Part shown: positions 26,407 through 33,809 of the stretch, piece after piece
How the letters are laid out: each line of letters opens with the position of its first letter
How positions within the stretch are numbered: the first letter of the stretch is position 1
Position numbers and translations under genes: made by a program
Assembly: GCF_000982825.1 (NCBI RefSeq)
Contig: NZ_CP011047.1
Location: 1,398,690-1,462,689, forward strand
Source of the DNA: Cronobacter sakazakii
Lineage (GTDB): Bacteria; Pseudomonadota; Gammaproteobacteria; Enterobacterales; Enterobacteriaceae
Length of the DNA stretch: 64,000 nucleotides
Direction: 5' to 3'
The notes under the pieces: model-generated
The model's database searches: none
The model's input: the letters and a program-made list of their open reading frames with translations, nothing else
What the model was told of the DNA's origin: nothing

Positions 26407-26682
26407 TTATGATTTAACCGTTAAACCGAGACCCAACGCTTTCATCACTGCCAGCGTGGTTTTAAGCGTTGGGTTGCCTTTATCACTGAAAGAACGGTAC
26501 AGCTGTTCACGCGACAGCCCTGTCTGAGCGGCGATATGCGACATGCCTTTAGCGCGCGCGACGACGCCCAGCGCCTTTGCAATATGTCCGGCGTCGCCAG
26601 TTTCGAGCGCGTCCGCCATAAAGAAGGCGATCTCCTCATCATCTACCAGCGCCGCTGCGGGATCGTATTCGGTCAGCTTCAT
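26407..26682 (-). CDS. type II antitoxin, an HTH antidote protein of the HigA/COG3636 type
   Basis: 91 aa, MKLTEYDPAAALVDDEEIAFFMADALETGDAGHIAKALGVVARAKGMSHIAAQTGLSREQLYRSFS... RBS is GGAGATAATGTG. It is translationally coupled to the upstream toxin gene, whose stop lies inside this RBS. Confidence 0.75.
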   Translation of the reverse strand: MKLTEYDPAAALVDDEEIAFFMADALETGDAGHIAKALGVVARAKGMSHIAAQTGLSREQLYRSFSDKGNPTLKTTLAVMKALGLGLTVKS

Positions 26683-26686
26683 CACA

Positions 26687-26992
26687 TTATCTCCACTGGT
26701 TCTCTGGCAGGTCAGCCAGCATTTTCGCAAGAAGAATGTCTTTATCCTGCGTGTGCTTATCACCACCACAAAGCAAAATGACAATCACCTCGCCGTGTTG
26801 TTTGAAATAAATCCGGTCACCCGCGCCGTAGTGAATACGCAGTTCACTGATGCCTGCGCCGACGGGCTTAACATCACCAGGCAAACCATTAGCCAGCCGA
26901 AAAAGCCGCGCGGCAATCATCGTTTTTACCCGCTGGTCTTTCAGACTGGCTTGCCAACGGCGGAATACCTCAGTTTGAAAAATATGCTTCAT
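26687..26992 (-). CDS. type II toxin, RelE/ParE superfamily (addiction-module killer, HigB-like, placed upstream of its antitoxin)
   Basis: 101 aa, MKHIFQTEVFRRWQASLKDQRVKTMIAARLFRLANGLPGDVKPVGAGISELRIHYGAGDRIYF... It follows the conserved pattern of killer proteins that pair with COG3636 antidotes. The toxin-first gene order is HigBA-like. Confidence 0.7.
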   Translation of the reverse strand: MKHIFQTEVFRRWQASLKDQRVKTMIAARLFRLANGLPGDVKPVGAGISELRIHYGAGDRIYFKQHGEVIVILLCGGDKHTQDKDILLAKMLADLPENQWR

Positions 26993-27208
26993 AACGCTCC
27001 CTGTATTTTAAAAACTACATGCGAATTCTACAAGTCTGCTCAGGGAGAATAAGTTTCATAAAAAAGGGAACAAAGGCGTCAGTAATGAATCTGGAAGACA
27101 TGCCGAAAGATGCCAAAAAACCTCGCTGATGGCGGGGTTTTTTATTTTATCGTGAAAGCTGGACGCTGTTTTTTATACCCATAAAGGTATAATCAGAGGG
27201 AACGCAAC

Positions 27209-27559
27209 ATGATAAAACCGTTGTTTTGGGTCGGGCAGGCCAGAAAAGATCTTCAGGCGCTGCCGGAGGATGTACAGGATCTTTTTGGCTATGCGCTTTA
27301 TCTGGCGCAGCAGGGTAGACGCCATCCGCAGGCCAGGCCGCTTAAAGGTTTTGGCGGCGCGGGTGTACTTGAGGTGGTGGAGGATTATCAGGGGAATGCC
27401 TTTCGGGCGGTCTATACCGTGTGCCTGAAAGATGCGATTTATGTCCTGCACGTATTCCAGAAAAAATCCTCTTCCGGGATTGCCACGCCCCGCCCGGAGA
27501 TGGAAAAAATTGAACAACGACTGAAAGCCGCGCAACGCCACGCCGGAGGGCTGAAATGA
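27209..27559 (+). CDS. type II toxin, RelE/ParE superfamily (Gp49/DUF891-like HigB-type)
   Basis: 116 aa, MIKPLFWVGQARKDLQALPEDVQDLFGYALYLAQQG...AVYTVCLKDAIYVLHVFQKKSSSG... This is the phage-Gp49-like toxin fold signature (VYVLH.F.KKS). An ATGA overlap joins it to the next ORF. Confidence 0.7.
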   Translation: MIKPLFWVGQARKDLQALPEDVQDLFGYALYLAQQGRRHPQARPLKGFGGAGVLEVVEDYQGNAFRAVYTVCLKDAIYVLHVFQKKSSSGIATPRPEMEKIEQRLKAAQRHAGGLK

Positions 27560-27879
27560 CAGCAGACATTGAACGCAGTAACGGAAATGTGTATGACGAT
27601 CTCGGGCTTATCGACGCCGAAGAGATGCAGCTAAAAGCGCAGCTCGCTATGGCCGTTAGCGACATTCTTAAAGCGCGCGGCTTAACCCAGCAGGAGGCGG
27701 CCCGTCTTCTGGGCATGACCCAGCCAAAACTTTCTTTATTACTTCGCGGCCAGTTTCGCGGGATCAGCGAAACGAAAATGATGGCCTGCCTGATGCTCCT
27801 CGGGCGGGATATCAGTATCGTCGTCGGCGAAGCACAACAGGCGCGCGGAAAAATGCGCCTGATTTATGAGCCAGCCTGA
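27556..27879 (+). CDS. type II antitoxin, XRE-family HTH (HigA-like)
   Basis: 107 aa. It has an HTH, ...LTQQEAARLLGMTQPKLSLLLRGQFRGIS... Its start overlaps the toxin stop by 4 nt. Confidence 0.7.
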   Translation: MTADIERSNGNVYDDLGLIDAEEMQLKAQLAMAVSDILKARGLTQQEAARLLGMTQPKLSLLLRGQFRGISETKMMACLMLLGRDISIVVGEAQQARGKMRLIYEPA

Positions 27880-27905
27880 CACAGGACAGCGCTCGTGGCT
27901 GCGCG

Positions 27906-28178
27906 TTAACGCCGTCCCCGCACGGGCGTGCTGGCGGACCATGAAAAGGTCGCGTCGCTGTCCGGTTTATACGCCTGCGCTTTTTTCTGTTTGCGCGTCT
28001 GCTTCGCCGCCTGTTCGCGCTGCGCCATCAGCTTGTCGATATACTCTTTTTTGACGTGGTTGGCTTCGGAATTGGTAAGCGGGCGGCCATGGGCGATGCG
28101 GGCGCGGTCGAGCAGGGTTTTTAATTCGCGCTGTTCGCTTTCCGTCATCTCTTTCTGGGTCAGTCGGGGCAGGGACAT
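27906..28178 (-). CDS. yjbD: YjbD (DUF3811) small protein
   Basis: 90 aa, MSLPRLTQKEMTESEQRELKTLLDRARIAHGRPLTNSEANHVKKEYIDKLMAQRE... I matched it from memory to the E. coli YjbD that lies next to lysC. Confidence 0.6.
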   Translation of the reverse strand: MSLPRLTQKEMTESEQRELKTLLDRARIAHGRPLTNSEANHVKKEYIDKLMAQREQAAKQTRKQKKAQAYKPDSDATFSWSASTPVRGRR

Positions 28179-28268
28179 AGTGGCGACTCCTCAGGGGGTG
28201 AGCCGCCAGTGTAACGCAACGCCGCCGCTAACTCAGTAAATAAGCCCGGTTTCGCCGGGCTTATTTGG

Positions 28269-29204
28269 TTAGCGTGCTGTACGCCGCGCGTTTTTGTCGA
28301 CCGGTTTGCCGGACCAGTAGCCCGCGAGCAGCGAGCCGGAGAGGTTATGCCAAACCGAGAACAGCGCGCCGGGCAGGGCCGCGAGCGGCGAGAAATAGAG
28401 TTTGCCGAGCGCGGCGGCAAGCCCGGAGTTTTGCATCCCGACTTCAATCGCCAGCGTCCGGCAGGTGGATTCGTCAAAGCCGAAGAGACGCCCGCCCCAG
28501 TAACCGCCGAGCAGGCCGATACTGTTATGCAGAATCACCGCCACAATCACCATCAGCCCGACCGACGCGATATGCGAGGCGGAACCCGCCACCACGGCGC
28601 TGATAATCGCCAGAATACACACCATGGAAAACGCGGGCAGGTAAGGCTCCACCGCTTTCACCACACGCGGGAACAGGTGATGCACGATAAGCCCGAGCGC
28701 AATCGGGATCACCACGATTTGCAGAATGCTCAGCAGCATCCCCATCACATCGACCTGAATATGCGCGTCAACATAGAGGCGCGTCAGCAGCGGCGTGGCG
28801 ACCACGCCTACCAGCGTTGAGACCGACGAAATGGTCACCGACAGCGCCACGTCACCTTTCGCCAGATAGATCATGACGTTAGACGCCGTACCGCTCGCCA
28901 CGCTCCCCACCAGCACCATACCGGCGGAGAGATCCGGCGGCATATGAAACAGCATCGCCAGCAGCCAGGCGGCCAGCGGCATTACCAGATAGTGCAGGAA
29001 AATCCCTGCGGCCACCGGCGCGGGGCGCGACAGCACGCGTTTGAAATCATCGAGTTTCAGGTGTACGCCCATACCAAACATAATCAGCATCAATAACGTG
29101 CTGACCCACGGGCCGATGGGCGTAAACGTGGCGGGCGTGTAATACGCAATAACCGAGAGCAGCAGCGCCCAGAGCGGGAACAGCCGGGTGAGTGTCGCGA
29201 GCAT
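28269..29204 (-). CDS. bile acid:sodium symporter (BASS) family transporter
   Basis: 311 aa from [18 protein letters not shown]... with an AAGGAA RBS. It has ~10 TM segments and the BASS-family motifs ([18 protein letters not shown]). The 346-aa ORF-track version adds a non-hydrophobic N-terminal extension that overlaps a hairpin. Confidence 0.8.
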   Translation of the reverse strand: MLATLTRLFPLWALLLSVIAYYTPATFTPIGPWVSTLLMLIMFGMGVHLKLDDFKRVLSRPAPVAAGIFLHYLVMPLAAWLLAMLFHMPPDLSAGMVLVGSVASGTASNVMIYLAKGDVALSVTISSVSTLVGVVATPLLTRLYVDAHIQVDVMGMLLSILQIVVIPIALGLIVHHLFPRVVKAVEPYLPAFSMVCILAIISAVVAGSASHIASVGLMVIVAVILHNSIGLLGGYWGGRLFGFDESTCRTLAIEVGMQNSGLAAALGKLYFSPLAALPGALFSVWHNLSGSLLAGYWSGKPVDKNARRTAR

Positions 29205-29344
29205 CGTGTTTTCCTTGCACCCCGTGGCGAACCGTCGTCGTAACGCGGCATCGCCGGGGAGAATGTTGTGTTGTGTCGTTATAAACAGGCCGGGATCGAG
29301 CCCGGCCATTGGTATTGTTTATCGTGCGAGGGAAAGTTATTCAA

Positions 29345-29382
29345 ACAAATTATGATGAAAAGCCCTCATTCAGGGGCTTTAA
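29345..29382 (-). terminator. rho-independent terminator of rtcR, overlapping its stop codon
   Basis: On the minus strand: AAAGCCCC TGAATGA GGGCTTTT followed by CATCATAATTTGTTT. Confidence 0.65.
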
Positions 29383-30958
29383 CCTGCTCCCAGCTCAGCC
29401 CAAAACGCGCCAGATATTTACGCAGCCGGTCGGCGTCGTTCGGGTTGGCTTTCTTCTGGCGCGAAACCGCAAACAGCGTGCGTCCGGCCTCAGAGAGCGA
29501 GGCGCTACGCCTGCACACGGCAACAACCGCCGCCAGCTGATCCTGGTCGAAGAGATCGAGCGTTGCGGTATCAACAGGCAGCGCGGCGGCAGGGTCTGCG
29601 AGCGGCCGCCAGCTCGCGGTAAGACGGCCGATTTCTTCCTCGACTAACGCGTCGGTAATGCGTCCCTGTTCGGCAAGCGTCGCCATGCGTGCCACCGAGC
29701 TGCCCAGTTCGCGAAAGTTGCCCGGCCAGCGCGCCTGCGGCGAGCAGGCGAAGGCGAGATAATTTTCGCGCGCCGTTTTATCAAAGCGGATCTGCGTCTG
29801 CTGCTGCGCCGAGAAGCGCTGTAGCTCATACTCCACGTTTGGCGCGATATCCTCGCGGCGCTCGGCGAGGCCCGGCAGCGCGAAGGCCCACATATTAATA
29901 CGCGCAAAGAGATCTTCACGAAAGCGGCCTTCGGCGACCCATCGCGCCATGTCGCGGTGCGTACCGGCGATCAGCTGAAAATCGCTCTGCACTTCTTTAT
30001 CCGCGCCGAACGGGAAAAAGGTCTTTTCCTCAATAGCTTTCAGCAGCATCGCCTGTTCATCGAGCCCCAGCTCAGCGATTTCATCCAGAAACAGCACGCC
30101 GCCGTCGGCCTCGCGCAGAAGCCCTGGCCGCGCCTGCTGCGCGCCGGTAAACGCGCCCTTCACGTGGCCAAAGAGCGTCGACATCGCGTTATCGCCGCGA
30201 AGCGTCGCGCAGTTCACGGAGACCAGTTTTCCCTGCACCAGATGCCGCGCCTGGCGCAGCTGGAAAATGCGCTTTGCGAGAAACGATTTCCCCGCGCCGG
30301 TCGGCCCCGTCAGCAGAATCGGCGCGGTGGATCGCAGCGCCACGCGCTCGATCTGGTCGATCAGACGGTTAAACGTGGCGTTACGGGTGTCGATGCCGGA
30401 TTTGAGGAACGACACCGACTGCTGCTGCTCGCGCTGGAAGCGGCTGGTCAGCGTCGCATAGCGGCTTAAATCGAGATCGATGACCGACGTCGTGCCGATG
30501 GTTTTCTGCGCTTCATCGTCGCCCTGACGATCGGGGCTGGTCTGTAACAGCGCCGCCGGGAGATACCGCGCTTCGGTCAGCAGGAACCAGCAGATCTGCG
30601 CCACGTGCGTGCCTGTTGTGATATGCACCAGATACTCTTCGTTATCGGTATCAAAGGGATAGCGCGTGGCGAAATCCAGCAGCGCGGCGTACACCTCCTC
30701 GAAATCCCACGGATCGTCCATCACCACGGTGTGCGGGCGTACTTCGGTATGCGGCGAGACGGCGGCGATATCTTCTGTGACCCGCTCTGCGAGCGACGCG
30801 TCGCGCGCCTGGTACAGCAGTTCAAAGCGGTCGACAGGCAAACCGGGCTGCTGGCACAGCGCGACGGACGGACGCCATTTATTCCAGCGGTTGGCGCGCT
30901 TACCGCGCCGGTCCAGTACGGTGCCCAGCATGCCAATCACCACGCGACGCTTTTGCAT
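29366..30958 (-). CDS. rtcR: sigma-54-dependent transcriptional activator RtcR (CARF sensor domain plus AAA+ domain)
   Basis: 530 aa. It is colinear with E. coli RtcR: the N-terminal CARF (…VGTVLD…WRP…HITTGTHVAQICWFLL…), the central AAA+ sigma-54-interaction domain (GPTGAGKSF, GAFTGA, ESELFGH-like FGHVKGAFTGA), and the C-terminal ...DADRLRKYLARFGL. Confidence 0.9.
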   Translation of the reverse strand: MQKRRVVIGMLGTVLDRRGKRANRWNKWRPSVALCQQPGLPVDRFELLYQARDASLAERVTEDIAAVSPHTEVRPHTVVMDDPWDFEEVYAALLDFATRYPFDTDNEEYLVHITTGTHVAQICWFLLTEARYLPAALLQTSPDRQGDDEAQKTIGTTSVIDLDLSRYATLTSRFQREQQQSVSFLKSGIDTRNATFNRLIDQIERVALRSTAPILLTGPTGAGKSFLAKRIFQLRQARHLVQGKLVSVNCATLRGDNAMSTLFGHVKGAFTGAQQARPGLLREADGGVLFLDEIAELGLDEQAMLLKAIEEKTFFPFGADKEVQSDFQLIAGTHRDMARWVAEGRFREDLFARINMWAFALPGLAERREDIAPNVEYELQRFSAQQQTQIRFDKTARENYLAFACSPQARWPGNFRELGSSVARMATLAEQGRITDALVEEEIGRLTASWRPLADPAAALPVDTATLDLFDQDQLAAVVAVCRRSASLSEAGRTLFAVSRQKKANPNDADRLRKYLARFGLSWEQVKAPE

Positions 30959-31094
30959 CTCTTATCCTTAAAGATAAATAACGATATTAAAAGATAAATC
31001 ATACGCCTTTCTGTTATAGCCGTCGCGTATCGAATAAAAAATTTATCTCTTAATAATCAACATATTAAAAATTTATTTTCACCTTAAACGAAAC

Positions 31095-31110
31095 TGGCAC
31101 GCATCTGGCA
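31095..31110 (+). promoter_or_regulatory. sigma-54 (-24/-12) promoter of the SPFH-rtcB-NTase operon
   Basis: CTGGCACGCATCTGGCA. The GG and GC are correctly spaced (TGGCAC N5 TGGCA, against the consensus TGGCAC N5 TTGCA). It is divergent from rtcR, which is the expected arrangement for an RtcR target. Confidence 0.7.
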
Positions 31111-31433
31111 ATTATCACTTCGTCAGCACGCTGGGTATGCAGGGGTTTATAGCCCCGCCGGCGCACCGGGAACGGTAACACGTTATCCAGGGGGCGTTCC
31201 GCCAGTGCAATGACGTGGAAAACGTTCGGTTTATCAGGTTCGACTCCTGAACTTTCTTTCTCCTTCCAGAGAAACGTTAAAAGCAGTACCCCGGCGGTTG
31301 AGTCGTTAGCGACCGCCACACACTGACGCCGGTAACGGCGCCGGGCGGCAGGCAGAAAAGACCGGAACAGAGGTGGCTTCCCCCTCCCGCTTCGCGCCGT
31401 TATCCGCGTCAGCCACAACAGTAAGGGAAAAAA

Positions 31434-32567
31434 ATGAATAACAAAGTGACGATTCGTAAGGGCCAGCTGGGTTTACTGGCAAAACAGGGTGATTTTTATC
31501 AGGTGCTGGAAGCGGGCGAGCATCGCCTGCCGTGGTTCAACAAACCGGATGTGACGCTGGTGGAGATGAACAGCGGTGACGTCGCGCCGGCGCTGACCGA
31601 CTATCTGCGCCGTTTTCAGCCAGAATGGGTAGAGAAATATTGCCTGGCGGTTGATACCGCCGATAACGAAACCGCGGCGCTGTGGCGTAACAACGTGCTG
31701 GTGGAAATTATCCCGCCGGGTGCGCGGCGTCTCTTCTGGCGCGACGGCGACAGCCTGCGCGCCGTGCGTATGGATACCCGCGACGTGCAGGTGCCGACGG
31801 AGATAATGGCCGCCGTGTTACAGCCGCGCGGCCGTGATGTCGTAGTGAAAGGGCGCGACGCTATCCTGACCGTTAACGTGCCCGCCTGGCATGTGGGCGT
31901 GCTGAAAATCGACGGCGTTACGCAGCCGCTGCTGCCGCCAGGCTTAAGCGCGTACTGGAAAATCAACCATCTGGTGGAGGCGGAAGTCGTGGATACGCGC
32001 CTTCAGGCGATGGAAGTCTCCGGGCAGGAGATCCTGACCAAAGATAAAGTGAACCTGCGCATTAATCTGGGGGCCAACTGGCGCTATCAGGACGTGTTGC
32101 AGGCGTACAGCCAGCTTGCCAAACCGCTGGAGCATTTATACCGCGAGCTGCAGTTTGCGTTGCGAGAGGCGGTCGGCACCCGCACGCTCGATGAGCTGCT
32201 GGAAAATAAACAGATCATCGACGATGTGGTGAGCGCGCAGGTTATCGCCCGTATGGCACCGTTTGGTATCGACGTGGCGTCGACCGGCGTGAAAGACATC
32301 GTGCTGCCGGGCGACATGAAAACGATTTTGTCGCGGCTGGTGGAGGCGGAGAAATCCGCGCAGGCGAACGTGATTCGTCGCCGTGAAGAGACCGCCGCGA
32401 CCCGTTCGCTGCTGAACACCGCAAAAGTCATGGAAAACAATCCGGTCGCACTGCGACTGAAAGAGCTCGAAACCCTGGAAAAAGTGGCGGAGCGTATCGA
32501 TAAGATCTCCGTATTCGGCGGCCTGGATCAGGTGCTGCAGGGGCTGGTACAGATTAAAGGGGTATAA
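31434..32567 (+). CDS. SPFH / band-7 (stomatin-prohibitin, slipin-like) domain protein with no evident N-terminal TM anchor
   Basis: 377 aa. It carries the SPFH signature (TKDKVNLRINLGANWRYQDV…LREAVGTRTLDELLENKQIIDDVV…GIDVASTGVKDIVLPGDMKTILSRLVEAEKSAQANVIRRREETAA). It is the first gene after the sigma-54 promoter and is 2 nt from rtcB. Confidence 0.75.
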   Translation: MNNKVTIRKGQLGLLAKQGDFYQVLEAGEHRLPWFNKPDVTLVEMNSGDVAPALTDYLRRFQPEWVEKYCLAVDTADNETAALWRNNVLVEIIPPGARRLFWRDGDSLRAVRMDTRDVQVPTEIMAAVLQPRGRDVVVKGRDAILTVNVPAWHVGVLKIDGVTQPLLPPGLSAYWKINHLVEAEVVDTRLQAMEVSGQEILTKDKVNLRINLGANWRYQDVLQAYSQLAKPLEHLYRELQFALREAVGTRTLDELLENKQIIDDVVSAQVIARMAPFGIDVASTGVKDIVLPGDMKTILSRLVEAEKSAQANVIRRREETAATRSLLNTAKVMENNPVALRLKELETLEKVAERIDKISVFGGLDQVLQGLVQIKGV

Positions 32568-32569
32568 CA

Positions 32570-33796
32570 ATGAAAGAGAATCACTATCAGACGCTGGCGC
32601 AGGCTAACGGCGCGCCGGTAAAAATGTGGACCCACGGCGTGCCGGTAGAGCCGGAAGCGCGTGAGCAGCTGCTGAAAACGGCGAAAATGCCGTTTATTTT
32701 TAAACACCTGGCGGTGATGCCGGATGTGCATCTCGGTAAAGGCTCGACCATCGGCAGCGTGATCCCGACCAAAGGCGCGATTATCCCGGCGGCGGTGGGC
32801 GTGGATATCGGCTGCGGGATGATCGCGGTGCGCACGTCGCTCGTGGCGCGCGATCTGCCGGATAACCTGAGCGGGCTGCGCAGCGCCATCGAACAGGCCG
32901 TCCCGCACGGGCGCACCACAGGGCGCGGCCAGCGTGATAAAGGCGCGTGGTCGAACACGCCGCAGGATGTGGACCACCACTGGGCATCGCTTGCGCCGCG
33001 CTTTAAACGCCTGACGGATAAATATCCCAACCTGTTGAAGACTAACAATCATCAGCATCTGGGAACGCTCGGTACGGGTAACCACTTTATCGAGATCTGC
33101 CTTGATGAACAGGAGCGCGTGTGGGTGATGCTGCACAGCGGATCGCGCGGCGTGGGTAACGCCATCGGCACCCATTTCATCGGGCTTGCGCAGAAAGATA
33201 TGCAGCGCCATATGGCGAATCTGCCGGACCGCGATCTCGCCTATTTTGAAGAGGGCAGCAAGCACTACGCCGATTACATCGAGGCGGTGGAGTGGGCGCA
33301 GGATTTCGCGCGCCAGAACCGCGAAGTGATGATGAACCGCGTGCTGGCGGCGCTTTCCTCGATTATCACGAAGCCGTTTATGACGCAGCAGGAGGCCGTG
33401 AACTGCCACCATAACTATGTGCAGAAAGAGACGCATTTTGGTGAAGAGATCCTGGTGACGCGCAAAGGCGCGGTGTCGGCGCAAAAAGGCCAGATGGGCA
33501 TCATTCCGGGCTCCATGGGTGCCAAAAGCTTTATCGTGCGCGGGCTGGGAAACGAAGAGAGTTTTTGTTCATGCAGCCACGGCGCAGGGCGCGCGATGAG
33601 CCGTACCGCGGCGAAAAAACGCTTCACGGTGGAAGATCAAATCCGCGCCACGGCGCACGTGGAGTGCCGTAAAGACAGCGATGTCATTGATGAGATCCCG
33701 ATGGCGTATAAAGACATCGACGCCGTGATGGCCGCGCAGTCGTCGCTGGTGGAAATTGTGCATACGCTGCGTCAGGTCGTGTGCGTGAAAGGATAA
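32570..33796 (+). CDS. rtcB: RNA-splicing ligase RtcB (3'-phosphate/2',3'-cyclic-phosphate RNA ligase)
   Basis: 408 aa. It is colinear with E. coli RtcB (KMWT.GVPVE, PDVHLGKGSTIGSVIPT, GNHFIE, CHHNYV, SCSHGAGR). Confidence 0.93.
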   Translation: MKENHYQTLAQANGAPVKMWTHGVPVEPEAREQLLKTAKMPFIFKHLAVMPDVHLGKGSTIGSVIPTKGAIIPAAVGVDIGCGMIAVRTSLVARDLPDNLSGLRSAIEQAVPHGRTTGRGQRDKGAWSNTPQDVDHHWASLAPRFKRLTDKYPNLLKTNNHQHLGTLGTGNHFIEICLDEQERVWVMLHSGSRGVGNAIGTHFIGLAQKDMQRHMANLPDRDLAYFEEGSKHYADYIEAVEWAQDFARQNREVMMNRVLAALSSIITKPFMTQQEAVNCHHNYVQKETHFGEEILVTRKGAVSAQKGQMGIIPGSMGAKSFIVRGLGNEESFCSCSHGAGRAMSRTAAKKRFTVEDQIRATAHVECRKDSDVIDEIPMAYKDIDAVMAAQSSLVEIVHTLRQVVCVKG

Positions 33797-33809
33797 TTTT
33801 TAAGGAAAA

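Noticed and set aside
31065-31418. A 117-aa minus-strand ORF inside the rtcR to SPFH-gene intergenic leader
   Set aside because: It has no RBS, it overlaps the sigma-54 promoter, and its product has no recognisable domain and is Arg-rich. The region is better explained as a structured 5' UTR.
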